Source: Lingula anatina (Eukaryota; Animalia; Brachiopoda). From it: a stretch of DNA of 64,000 nucleotides. The notes under the pieces were generated by a model. That model had not been told where the DNA came from, did no database searches, and was given only the letters and a program-made list of their open reading frames with translations. Location of the stretch: the NCBI GenBank assembly GCA_051362555.1, contig CM120648.1, forward strand, positions 8,118,587-8,182,586. Direction: 5' to 3'. The position numbers and the translations under genes are program-made. Positions 1 through 12,567 of this stretch are shown here, one piece after another (position 1 is the stretch's first letter; every line of letters starts with the position of its first letter).

Positions 1-1282
1 ACCTGTGTTAACATCTGAAGAGACATACTTCCTGGCTCTGTGCAGCCATAAATCTTCTGACTAAAAATCTGTCATTTCAAATTTGATAATCCAAACTGAT
101 TGTCATCTTTGTCCAGGTTAGGGACGTCTGCTCCTTTCACTTGTTATGAATTAGGATGCATCTGACTCAATCTGTGACACAGTGGCCTTCTTAAGTCCAT
201 TGACTACTTTGATATTCTGACTTAAACACTGGTTTCCTGATGTCCCCGCCCTCTTCAGCTACAGTGTAAAATTAATATATATACCTTTAATCTTCTTTGC
301 TGTCATTTTACTTGTCAAAGAACCACAAACATTATTTTGCTTTTAACTTCCTGTGGACAGGACAGGTTGTCTTTGTAGCCATTAGCTGTTAAGGACATAA
401 ACAGTCATTTTCTGGTCGCTGGTCGCAGCATCTGAGTGTAGCTGATCGTTCAGCTTGTACATGTACAGTTATTTTCAGATTTTCACCTATATATACACAC
501 CAGGCACATATAAGGCTATTTTCAGGAAATATCTATACCTGGTCATTTTTTGAATAGTCAAATGTTAGAAGTAACTTATAACCAAATGGAGTTAAGAATT
601 TCTACCACTTGCTTGTTCAATAAATCCACTGCACCAGGTCCATGTACCATCTAAAAATCTGGACCCATTTGTCCTGTGTGGCCTCCTCATAATCTTTTGG
701 GCTAATTGTCAATTGACCTTGGGTCATAGAGTCCTGGCATGAAATTTAATAGTCCACATAGGCCTAAATATGCTACATCATTTTCAAATTTCTCATTAAA
801 TATTTTCATAACATTTAGAGCTAGAGCTTTTGTGGATTTTACAGCAATTCCACACTGCAAAAACAAAGGTTTTGAATAAAGAAATATCTTTCCTGTAAAA
901 AGTGCAATAAATGGTATTCCAGCAGAAGGTCATCATATACCTTATGAGTTTAAGAACACTGAAAATTCACATGTATGTTCAGTTCCACTGCAGCTGGCTC
1001 CATGTGCCTTTATCTCTATAATTATTCCAAGTCCTAATAAGCCACTGACCTCTAGTTGTTCCACTTAGTCCATCATTTCCGAGGACCATAATTAAACCAA
1101 ACGACCATTCACCAAGTTAACTGACCAATCATATTCCCAAGAAAAGTGAACGCGAGAATGAAGTCCATCTTCCCATAAGAGAAAAGCAGAGGCTGAACCC
1201 TTGATCAAGAGCCAAATGTAATGTTAAGACTAATAAGCACTATCTGATCTCCTTGGTGCCAGGAAAGCAAATTGCATACCTG

Positions 1283-1283
<1 letters not shown>

Positions 1284-1358
<75 letters not shown>
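1284..1358. repeat. (TA)n microsatellite
   Basis: Direct reading. A shorter (TA)n lies at 3335-3366. Confidence 0.99.
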
Positions 1359-1361
<3 letters not shown>

Positions 1362-1480
1362 TGTAACCAGCAATTTCAAAGGGGTGGGAGGGTCTTTTTC
1401 TAAAAAAAGTGGACCTTTTACCATAAAATCTTTGTGTACCTGGATCAGAACTTTTGCCTAGGGCACTTCTTTTCCCACCA
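1359..1480 (+). repeat. Old dispersed repeat family C (probable hAT-like MITE); other copies at about 2560-2740, 4735-4830(-), 39375-39575, 43003-43183, 43940-44030(-), 59690-59850
   Basis: Shared core: gcc.gta.ccagca.tttc...ggggg..tc.tttctgaaaaagtggacctttttacc...gattcagagca. Copies are highly diverged and boundaries are approximate. Confidence 0.6.
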
Positions 1481-3330
1481 AAATTATGCAAATTACAAAA
1501 ACACTTGAATAAATAACTCCCTTTTAATTCTTTTCATTCTATCATAGGAAGGAACAATGAATATTTGTATTTAATTAAAAAATTCTATACACTATATAAT
1601 CTGCTTCTGCTGTCTACCCTGTTATTTTCACCAAGTCAACAGTGGGCCCTGGAGAAGGGAAATAACTCTGTGATGACTGGACATATAGGACATATAATTA
1701 CACATAATGATCGTAGCAGTTGAAAATCATAGGGTGTCTTCTTCCTTGTGGACATTTCTTTCAAACGTCTTTTTTTTTTTACTTTCTCTTTAATCACTTC
1801 ACATATAATTGATCACCTTTTTTCTTTTTCTTATGTAGGATGTAGGATGATTATCTGCATAAGGTGTATTCTTTATGAATAAGAGTACTTTACTCAAGTT
1901 TTTTTAAACTTTTTCTTTTCATTTATTTGATAATCTTCCTTTTTCTCTTTCCCCTTCTGCAAAGGATGATGTTTATTATTGTTTCTTTTTCATTATGTTA
2001 TCTATTTAGAGCTTTTTAAATTTTTATTTCAATTTACATATATTTACTTTTGGTTGCATTTCTGTAACTTTTTACTTTTTCTTTGTTTACTTTTTCTTCC
2101 TTTCTTTCTTCCATCTCTCTCACCCTCTCTCCATCCATTCAAACATCCCTAGCATCCAATTCCCATATATCATAATTTGTTGCTTGTAGTACAATACACA
2201 ATTATAGTGGTTACTCATTCTCTATGAGCTCACCACTACCCCAATAAATATATAGTTTAACTCAAACTTCAGAAAATTTTAAAAGACTTCCCCCAGGGGT
2301 ACAAATAACAGGTCCATAAATAACAACAACCCCATCTGCTCCAAACAATTTGTTACATCACCAAAGAAGGTGACTTGTCAAGGTTCTAAAAATTTATGTT
2401 TTTCCCTGCAGCAAAATGCAAGATGCATGCTTTTGATACGAAACAGTATATTTGGAATACTGACGTTTTTACCTCTTTGGCACCTGTGTCTATCTTACGA
2501 TTGTATAATGTACAGTATATAATAGGCCCTGGCTTTATTGGCATACACAAGGTATAACAGCAGGCTTGATGCCTGTGATTTCGAAGGTTTTTTTTCTGAA
2601 AAAGTAAACCTTTTTACCCCCAAATTAGTTGACCAACCTAGAAAAATCGTGTAGAACAATTCTGAGTTTTTGAATTAGACCATGCCTATTTCCTTCAAAG
2701 AGAGAATTTCTTTTGAATCCCTCCCTCCCGCTAGTCCTGCTTACAGGTAAGCTGGTTATACAGTACCCTAATTAATTTGAGATGATATAGTTAAAACTAT
2801 GTCCTTTCACATATGTTACAAATGTCAATGTTGTTCAGTTGATTGAATATTACACACTTTTCACAAAGAAGTTATTACTCGCTCATAAAATGTAGTAAAC
2901 AGGAGACAGCTGTTAAATTGGTGAAATTTTCAACTAGTAAGGGTACTTGTTATAGTACCGGGGCAGATACAAGGTCAAGACTGCAATTTTGGCAATTTGA
3001 ATTAACTTTATCTTGCCCATAAAGCTCATAAAATCCATTAAGTTCACACAATTTATAAGCCCCATCACAAACCATGAGCTGGGTTATAAGAAAATGCGCA
3101 ATACAGCAGTTTGGGCAGTTTATTTTCCTGCTGAATCTAGTTTACTTATTCTTCTTTTTCATTTTTTTTTAAATTATAATCTGTTCATCACTCTTTCTTT
3201 TTTTCTTTGGGAGGGAAGAGTAAAAACAAAGTATAGCAAATATCAAATATTTGATAAGAAAATATAATTTCAATAGAACACGTAGGGTACAAGAATGGAA
3301 AAATTGCTTGGTCTTGTTTTGTTTCACTTA

Positions 3331-3368
<38 letters not shown>

Positions 3369-4488
3369 AAGGGCTTTTGTAAACCCATTGTGCCCATGTA
3401 TCCCAAGCTCTGCCACTGTTCCCCTACCTCTTCACCCTATCCATCCTTATTTTTGATCTATTCATTTATATACTGTAAAACTTTTCAATGAGGAAAAATT
3501 ATCAGTTTTTCAGATACGTAATATTAGGACCATTAAAATATGCTTCTGTGTAGCAATTGTGGTGGTTTTTCTGTATAGAACAGAACTTTAAGGTAGCCAG
3601 TGCTTTTCAGTTAAGTTGCTACGACTCAATAAGAATTGTCCAATTTTAAGAATTTACGACTTGAAAAATAACAGTATCTGTAAAATTCATGATTTTTGCC
3701 ATTGAAAAGAAGTCAGGATATTATAAAAAGTTAGTGTTCCAGAACAGGATTCAAGCTGTAAAAATATATATTGTAATATATTGTAAACCGCAGACTGTGG
3801 CTCTGGTTTGGATAATACAAAGAAATTAATGTCACGTAATATGTATTTATTCATACTTTCATTGTCTACCAACCAGGATGCTGCAGGCAGCGACAAAAAT
3901 ATATGATCACAAACTGGTACATTATTATGAAAAATATGGCAGTGTTCCCAGGCACATAAAACAATGTGCACTTTTTAAACTGACAATTTTTGCTCAAAAT
4001 ATACTTGAAATTCCTCACAACTGATCATCATGAATACCTTGAATAATAATTCTAGCTTTTGGAACATCACTGTCCATAGATTCTAGGGATTCAGAAAAAC
4101 TTAAGTTTCTTTCATCAAACCAAATTTAACTGAATCATCTAAATACATTTTCCTCTTTTGGGTTAATTCTCTAATCACGGTTAAGGCAATTTTTAAAAAG
4201 AGGCCCCCTTATCTCCCGGCTTACAGCCCACTCTACTGACCTCTGACGTCTTATTACCCAAGTCTAGACATCTTAATTCCCACATCTCTTACACACCAAT
4301 TAGTGCTATCTTTTCCCAGGCTGGGTTATCTCTGACTTAATGCACACAGAGCAGTCTGGTGGAAATTTTAGCATAACACCCTGCATTACACAGTATTCAC
4401 ACGTACTTGTATTTTTCTATGCCAGTATAATAGCATAATGGCATGGGTATACTGAAAAAGTGTTCAGTGTTTCCCAGGGTGTTGCTAT

Positions 4489-4489
<1 letters not shown>

Positions 4490-4575
<86 letters not shown>
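4490..4575. repeat. Compound (TG)n(TA)n(CA)n microsatellite
   Basis: Direct reading; the arrangement is self-complementary. Confidence 0.99.
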
Positions 4576-5484
4576 CCTGGTATCAGGCGAGATGAAGGGA
4601 GTCGGGTCTGTATGGGCAAAGGGACAGGAGAGGACGGGCTCAGAGAGTCAGAAATGCTGTAGATGCCCCTAAATTTGGATGGCAGGTTCAATCTGAATTA
4701 AAATCTGATCTAGGGAATTTGCCATTAATCTCACATTGAGTCAACTGAAGGCATCAAAAGGTCTACCTTTCTGCAGAAAAAGACTCTCCCTCGCACCCCA
4801 GCGCCTTTGAAATTGTTAGCTACAGGCTTCCTGAGAGTGCTGTCATACTCTGAGCAATAAAGGTGAGAGTAAAATGTGAGCACCTGAATCTCAGGGTGCA
4901 TCTTGAAATGAGGAAATTAGTGAACATCCCCAACCATTGGGTTGTACTCTGTATTCAATTTTAAGAAAAGCTAACTCCTAACACAGATGCTAGCTTAACA
5001 CACTGGTGGATAATGGACCTGTTTAATAACTCATACAGGACCAAAATAGTTTTATTCATTTCAACGGCTTTGTTAAAATGAATTCCAATTAAAATTAAAT
5101 GAACTGGACTTCATTTGCCAAAATATTCCATTCAACTTACCATTACGCCCATAATAAACTTGTCACATTTGTAATCAGTCTATACTCCCTCAGCAATAGA
5201 TGTTATCTATGAAGGTGGCGTTATCCACAATTTCATGCCACTTTGAACAGCAGTATACCTTAACTGCCACTTATAACACATTCTTGTGATGAATTTTTAA
5301 CAGGCACCTTCTGAATGTGGACAATTAACAGTGATGGCTGCCCGTACCTGTGCCATAGGTAACACTGGGCAATCATGCATATTTCTCTCTAATAAATTAT
5401 GTTATTTTATTGTTAAATTATGTCATTTTATTGTTTACGGACAGAATGACTGGGTCTGACTGGATCAATTTACCTACTATGACA

Positions 5485-5659
5485 GGCCTCATTCAGAACA
5501 GTGGACTAACAAGTCTGAGGGTCAAATATGGTGACCCACTACAAAGCTTGCTGTCTAATCCGCTAATAGACACTGAATAGATCCCTCGTGGGATAGTATT
5601 CAAGTGGGTCATCCATATTGAACCCTCAGACTAGTAAGTCCCCTATTCTGAATGGGGCC
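5485..5659. mobile_element. MITE family B, copy 1
   Basis: About 55-bp imperfect TIR (GGCCTCATTCAGAACAGTGGACTAAC...). Homologous to 19673-19859. Confidence 0.8.
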
Positions 5660-6526
5660 ATAGCCTGAGTGTGAAGTCACCTTTTGTCTTTCTTTGCTTT
5701 CATTGTGTTCAATTGCTATTTCTCACCTACTGCATCTAAGCTTTTCTAATTTTAAAAACAATGGTTTATGTTGCTGTATGTAACAGTATGAAGGTTCACA
5801 AAGATTTATACTCGCAATCAAAATAAATAAACTATAACTAAAGGCTCAGAAGATGACACATTCTTCCTGTAGAAAAAACTCAACATACATTTGCTAATTA
5901 ATTATTCATTTGGTCTTAAAAATTAGTTCAAGCTACTGTACATATAAATATGGAACATCATCCAAAGTACCTTAACTTCTTCTTGGTTTAAACAGCAAAA
6001 GCCTATAATTCATATTTTGATCAAAATAATAATTCACTAGGTTTCTTTCCAATGAATGTACAGATAATTGATGTTAATATTCATAACTTAAAGATGTTGT
6101 GCTAAATTTCAAAAATAAAAAAATTGCCACATTGTCTTTCATTATAAGGTCATTGTACTGGACAGAAACCGCCATGTGGTTAACAGAGATACTGTACAAT
6201 ACAACAACATGCAATTTGAGACTTGGGTGCAAAACCCTGGAAAAAATCAGAGAATTCTGCAGAAATTCTGGTAATTTGTGCAATTTAGTTTTACTTTTCC
6301 ATGATTACTAAAAGGGTCATTTCACAAAATTGAGAACACTTAAGTTGCATTATTGACATGCATATTTTATGGAATATTTTCGTAACTCTGCCTTTCTCCA
6401 TTATTTTTATAATTTTATAAAGTATCAACCAATATAGAAACAAGTTAACAGTTTTAAAAGGTTATGTAGATATTGAACAAAATGTGTGTACCATTGACAT
6501 GACTCAAAAGTTGGCTTTTATATACA

Positions 6527-6659
6527 TGACATTTAAAGGACCAGGGTCCAATGTGACAGTTGAAGGACCAGGGTCCAGTGTGACATTTGAAGGACCAGGG
6601 TCCAGTGTGACATTTGAAGGACCAGGGTCCAGTTCGCCAGTTGAAGAACCAGGGTCCAC
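6527..6659. repeat. 27-bp minisatellite, 5 copies
   Basis: Unit tgacatttgaaggaccagggtccagtg. Explains ORFs 6484-6738 and 6504-6725. Confidence 0.95.
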
Positions 6660-7126
6660 TTTTGCAAATCTTTTAAAAAGTTCATTGCACTTGGTACCTT
6701 TAAATATGCAAATCCACATTTTCATCTATTTGAAATAATTTTACTACAGAAGAAACTAATTTCCACTTCTTTTGACAAAATGAATCATTTCAGAATAACC
6801 CTATGGCAAAAATGCCCTTGCTTAACACCAACCAGGGCATTAGTCATGAATAAGCTGAAATATTTTCTTTGACATTTCCAGCATTAAAAATAGAACGGCA
6901 TGAATATTTTAATACTAAGTACGTGATGTACTATCCCAAAGGTAAAATTAGACAAAAAGTTCTTGTCTGTATCCCTGTGTCCCTGTGGCAACAATGAGTC
7001 ATGGGGGTTGTCATCACGATGTCTCTGTTTTTGAAAAGGTATGAGTCAACAATTCTGAAGATAACACCAGTGTACAGAATATTTGAATGAATTTTTTAAA
7101 AAAAGTTGAATACCTGGATGAGTACC

Positions 7127-7128
<2 letters not shown>

Positions 7129-7187
<59 letters not shown>
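7129..7187. repeat. (GA)n microsatellite
   Basis: Direct reading. Other (CT)n tracts at 16711-16754, 55019-55072 and 55592-55630. Confidence 0.99.
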
Positions 7188-7190
<3 letters not shown>

Positions 7191-7435
7191 GAATGTGTGT
7201 GGGTGTATGTAAGACAAAAAGAGGGAGGGAGAGAAGTAAGGAAAAAGAAAAAGGGAGAGAGAGGAATCTATGGAGGAAGGGAGAGAAGGAGGGAGAGAAA
7301 TGAGACAAACAGACATATGGACAAATTAAAAGGCACACAATCTTCATTCATCAGTACACATAAAAAAAGACAAAGAGCATGACAGCAACACAGCCATAAT
7401 ATGTGGATGGAATTATCACCAAAAATTTATCTTAC

Positions 7436-7506
7436 CTTTTATCACTTTCATCATCTTCTTCATTTGTCCCTAAACACTTCACGAAGAATTCAGCACAACT
7501 TCCCAT
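7436..7506 (-). CDS. Candidate short first coding exon: MGSCAEFFVKCLGTNEEDDESDK (possible N-terminal lipidation signal)
   Basis: ATG at 7506, 23 codons plus 2 nt, strong donor AAG|GTAAGA at 7435. Phase 2, the same phase as the LIM exon donor. Gly2/Cys4 followed by an acidic run. Confidence 0.55.
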
Positions 7507-8489
7507 AATGAAATCAGAATCCTAGTAAAGATACCAATTCGTAATCCACTGTTTCTCAGAAGTTTTTCCTTGTTTATGCTATTGTCATCCCTTGTAATTG
7601 ATAATATACTCCTTTTCCAACCACAGGTCTAAAAACGTTTTCTCAATTTTCAAACATCACATGTTATCACACGTTGTAGCAGTTTTTGGCTTACGTGAAA
7701 CCCCTGGTTTTCTAATAGAGCAACCCTGGCAAAATGTATACAAAAAACCTACACAGAAATCCAGATGGTAACTATGGTGTTTCAGTTCAAACACTGCATG
7801 AAAAAACACCTTTTATCGCCTTTCATTCATCTACAAAATGTTATCGAAAGATGATCCCTCATCTTTCATCATCCTTTCCTGACGAAAAGGTCATCTTTCA
7901 CCTTTCATTTGTAAAAGGTCATCTTTTTATCAACTTTTACGTCTCGGAAAGACCGTCATTCACATTTTCATTAACTTTCAGTTTTCAAAAGTTCAACTAT
8001 CACCTTTTACACTGCGAAAAGCCACCTTACATTCCAGCTTTTGTTAACTGGAAAGGTCTCATTTTGTTAACTTTTATTTTCTGAAAGCTTAAGACTAATT
8101 TTATAATAATGCGTGGTGATCTTTTGTATGTATACTATTTATTTTATGTACAGGACTTAATTCCGTATCTTACATTAAGCGCATTATGGAAAAAGCGAAT
8201 ACTTTTGCAAATTGTTTGCATGATGAAATGTTTCGCACTTTGATTAAAGTATTTAACTGATAGATTGAATATGGTGATTTGCATTTCGGAGAAAAATTAT
8301 GCAATCTTGCATTGGCTGGAGTTTATGTATAAATATATAGCATTCAGAGCAGTAGAAGAAGTGTTCACCGAATTTCACTTGAGGTAGACATATGATTTTG
8401 ACGCTTTAAACGACAAACAACTTTCAGAATCGAAAGTAACTATATTTTTATTCCAATATTGTCAGGGTTTAAATACAGCAAATAAAAAA

Positions 8490-9330
8490 TTATATGTCAG
8501 AGGTCACATCTCCATATTTGCCTAGATAATTACTTTCACAGGAAATGATCTCCATGCTTCTGGACAGTAGCTAATTATGTCAGGATTATAGCATTGATTG
8601 CACCAAGTCAAAATAGTGTTTGAGGTCACCTCTCCATAATTTGCCTGGCTAGAGGCTCGTCTCTAAACAGAAAACCACCCCTCCTCGACAAAAAAGGCAA
8701 TAGGATCTCTCGTCACTAACTTTGTTATTTTCAGTAATGTCAGGATTTTAGCATTGATTACACCAAGTCAAAATAGTGTTTGAGGTCACCTCTCCATAAT
8801 TTGCCTGGCTAGAGGCTCGTCTCTAAACAGAAAGCCACCCCTCCTCGACAAAAAAGGCAATAGGATCTCTCGTCACTAACTTTGTTATTTTCAGTAATGT
8901 CAGGATTTTAGCATTGATTGCACCAAGTCAAAATAGTGTTTGAGGTCACCTCTCCATAATTTGCCTGGCTAGAGGCTCGTCTCTAAACAGAAAACCACCC
9001 CTCCTCGACAAAAAAGGCAATAGGATCTCTCGTCACTAACTTTGTTATTTTCAGTAATGTCAGGATTTTAGCATTGATTGCACCAAGTTCAAAAAGTGTT
9101 TGAGGTCACCTCTCCATAATTTGCCTGGCTAGAGGCTCGTCTCTTAACAGAAAACCACCCCTCCTTGACAAAAAAGGTTATAGGATCTCTCATCACTTAC
9201 TTTGTTATTTGCAGTTATGTCAGTATTAGCATTGATTGCATCAAGTCAAAAATTATAATTACAATAAATGTCAGAGGTCACCTCTCCATAGTTTGCCTGA
9301 CCAGGGGATCGTTTCTAAGGATAAAACCAC
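8490..9330. repeat. 160-bp tandem repeat array, about 4 near-identical units plus diverged flanking units, inside the CACTA-like element
   Basis: ttgcctggctagaggctcgtctct recurs at 8641, 8801, 8961 and 9121 (period 160). Confidence 0.97.
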
Positions 9331-9970
9331 TCTAAAATTGTTATGATGTGTTTTAGACTCCAGAGAGCAAGTTTTACCTTTTACATAATCCCTAATAGTA
9401 AGGCCCTGGGCATGATGGAAATATTTAACCGAAGTTGGATAGGTAGTAATCAGCTATGCAATTGGAATTTGTTTGTATTGGAACTGGTTATATTACTGAC
9501 AGACTGTTTGCATATCCTTCATTCATCTTGCTTACACTTCTGTAGTTAATCTTAATATCAGAGGAAAATTATCAACCATACATAACTGTTTACTTATTCT
9601 CTTGCTCAGAGCGAGTCAGTCTCCCCTTTACCATTTTAGCATGTTTAATTCCATAAATCTGATGGAGAGGGGGTCTGAGGTAAACACAATGAGGTTATAC
9701 ACGTAGGTTAACAATTTCTATTGTAGCTGCAGACTGGAAATTCATGTATAACAGGAGCACAGGAATGCTGCCTTCTTTAAGATGTTCATCTATTTTCTTG
9801 TGACGACAGGCACTGCTTTTTCATCCTTGTGACGCCCAATTCCTTTATAAAAGAAAAGACATAGTGAATAATAGAGACATGACAAAAACACATGACAATA
9901 TTTTTCTGAGAACTTAATTCTTTTCTATAATGTGCAGCTGTTTTAAATAGTGTCATTTTCGGTTGTATAA

Positions 9971-10185
9971 GGCTGTATTCCCAGAGCTTTTAGATCGATC
10001 TCTCCCCGCAGGGAGTCTCACTAGATTACTGTCAGATAATCTGGCTTAAATGTCCGTCCTGCCTACTACAAGCTGTAAGGGGGTAATTAACTTTCGTGTC
10101 CGCTCGGCTGACAGCTATTTAGCGTGAACCCCCAGGGAGTTAGGTCGATCTTAAGTAGATCGATCTAATCTCTGGAAATGGGGTC
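9971..10185 (+). mobile_element. PIF/Harbinger-type MITE family A, copy 1 (215 bp), nested in the CACTA-like element
   Basis: TAA TSD on both sides. Imperfect TIR GGCTGTATTCCCAGA...TCTGGAAATGGGGTC with subterminal GATCGATC palindromes. Near-identical inverted copy at 30326-30540. Confidence 0.9.
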
Positions 10186-10532
10186 TAAGTCGAATCCATC
10201 CCCTTTCACATTAAAGCACCCCCTTGTAATCCAACACATGGGAATATTCTAACACTTTTAAAAATGACAACCCCTTGTTGTTACCCCGTATCGTGGACGT
10301 GCACATATATTTCCAAAATTCACAGTGAGTAACTGGTCAAACGTTAGAACAGACAAAAGCCAAGCCCAATGAAGCTCAGTTTAACTCGATCCTTTCTCGA
10401 GAGACGGCCAAATTACCCTGCAACATGCAGTGCGTCGAGAAAGATTCCCGCTTTAATCCCAGAAGTATGCTTTGCTATAATTTGTGTTAACATACACTGT
10501 GCGAACAAAACTGAAATCACTATATCACCTAC

Positions 10533-10888
10533 CTTGTAAAACGATGACCGTCTGCCCCGTGTCTATAGTGATCTATATAATTGTCTCTTGCTGTTTTAGT
10601 CTTGAGTAAAACACGAAGTTAAAGGTTGCCGTGCGAGCTTTTCTGCCATTAATACTGCGTTATAGGTCAATGCTAGAGAATCGGCGCGAAAGATATCCCA
10701 TTACAGACTATCTGCGCATGCGCAAGGCCAGGCGGTTGAAAATGCGCGGACTGTAAGTCTGTGTAGGCCGGTCACAGAAGATAATTTCCTAGCCACCGTA
10801 TTGATTATGGTCGACTTCTTTGCAAGATGGCATTTGTTGCGGCGATATTTTAACTGATGAGGATGAAGAGAATGAGTAAATGCATCAG
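10533..10888. promoter_or_regulatory. Divergent (bidirectional) promoter region of the CACTA-like element
   Basis: CpG-rich patch with a perfect NRF1-type palindrome TGCGCATGCGCA (10713-10724) and a YY1/Kozak-like AAGATGGC (about 10823). Outward-facing donors: AAG|GTAGGT on the minus strand (10533) and CAG|GTAGGT on the plus strand (10888). Confidence 0.55.
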
Positions 10889-11751
10889 GTAGGTCTAATA
10901 TAACATTTGAATCATTCATAATAAGGGAACAAACAACCGTGTCACTGACGCCCAAGATGGGTTTTATGCACGGAGAACAGACCGTGCTGAAAAAAGATTA
11001 TCACGATCGTGAAACAATTGTTAATCGAACACTCTGTCCTATTTATTAGAACACTGCAAAAAGTTTACGTCAAAGTACGGCCCCGCGTACAAGTAAAGAT
11101 TATGTACATGTATATAACTGGCCTGTATTAATCCCATAGAGTCGACCTACATTCCTTGACCTAAATTCCAGGCAGGGTTATATAATCAATGCACTGGTTC
11201 ACTCGCAGGGTTCATACAGCACTTTAAGTGCTTGAATCTAGTATATATTGCCCCTTGTACATGTATTCAGTCTGTTTATGACATTAAAAGTACTTGAAAT
11301 TGTTATTAGCCTTACAAAGGGCTTGTATTTATCATTTTCCCTAAAAAATTCTGGGATTTGATCAGTTAGAAATTTGTCAAATGATTATTTCAAACCTTGT
11401 TTTTAACCTGAATGTAGACATGCTGGGGGAATGCCCTTTTTAATCTGTCAATTTTTTTCTCATGTTTCATTATCATTAAAATACAAAGTTTGTGTGAATG
11501 ATGCACCTCTTTTGTATGCAAACTTAAAAATGACAGTAAGATGCATTGAGTTATTGAAAAGTTATTGATTTAGAGCCTCAGAAGTCATTCAATTTGCTTT
11601 TATGTTGCTGTATGAACCCTAAGCAGTAATCATGAATATCTTCATCATTGCATGTAGTTATTTCAGCATTCATATTTTCATTAATGAAAACTGTTTGTAT
11701 GATATTACACTAAAATAATTCACTATCTTAAAATATCTATTTCTTTTCCAG

Positions 11752-12567
11752 ATGCTATTAAAAGACAGGCTGTCTGAACAGCATATAAAACAAGCAAAGT
11801 GGATGGACTAAGGCAAAAAAATTGGAAGAGAAGAATGGGGTATGTAATACAGGAGCCTATATAAGTTCTGTACAAAGCCCAATCAAGTTGCCTAGCAGTA
11901 ATCATGAATGCATATTTTCATCATTACTTGTAGCGATTTCATTATTCATATTGCCCTAATTGAAAACTTTTTGCATGATATTACACTCAAATAATTCACT
12001 CTTTTTATCTATTTACCAGGTGCCATTAAAAGATACTACAGTTCTGAAAAGTAGGAGGATGTTCTAAAACAAGCAAAAGGACTGGATGAGCTGAAACAAA
12101 AAATATGGAAAAAAAGGAAGGAGGTACTATTATAGAAGCATGTTTAAACCTTGTAAAATCTCTCTTTTAAGACTTTTGATGGCTTTAAGTCCATAGTTTG
12201 AAAAAACTTCTAACATCATAAAAGTTGCCATTGTTTTCATCATATTTGATTAGCATTAAAATGAACTGTTACCCAAAACAGCATTTATCATTACATGCAT
12301 CCTATTTTTCAGGAAGCAAAAGACAAAGATTTGGGCAGGCAAAGTGTTCTCTTGACAGACGATTCCAGGAAAACTACTCCCAGGAGAGCGGGAAGTTATG
12401 CATATATAGTAGGACTAGTGGATCTGGCTGAAAGTACATTTAGAGAACATTTCCTGGACCTTTCTTGGATAATCAAAACAAAAAATCAAATGTCCTTGGA
12501 TTATCAAAAAACTTTCAAAAGACAAGCGCAACCTGCACAAAAATGTTATAATGGAATAAATTATTAA
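11752..12567 (+). pseudogene. Decayed spliced accessory gene of the CACTA-like element (3 exon remnants; the first two are a tandem duplicate)
   Basis: AG/GT-bounded blocks 11752-11839, 12020-12123 and 12313 to about 12560. The second reads AIKRYYSSEK*EDVLKQAKGLDELKQKIWKKRKE. AATAAA follows at about 12555 and 12618. Intron plus exon are duplicated (about 11620-11890 vs 11893-12150). Confidence 0.5.

Noticed and set aside
1-258. Possible minus-strand exon after a tgtag acceptor
   Set aside because: Stops occur in the frames examined and there is no LIM continuation. It may be UTR, but this cannot be judged at the window edge.
1230-1491. ORFs with (YI)n, and similar (CV)n, (SL)n, (HT)n ORFs at 4460-4691, 7014-7347, 16692-16916, 36517-36880 and 42141-42359
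   Set aside because: These are translations of microsatellites or low-complexity DNA.
5141-5300. Minus-strand GTAAGT donor with upstream coding-like sequence
   Set aside because: It contains stops and resembles a decayed CR1/L2 3' end (KLW-like motif).
6484-6738. EGPGSSVTF repeat protein
   Set aside because: The 27-bp minisatellite is open on both strands simply because its period is a multiple of 3. No splice context.
8575-9245. Regularly spaced repeats as a CRISPR array
   Set aside because: The entire 160-bp unit repeats with no unique spacers, the context is eukaryotic, and there are no cas genes.
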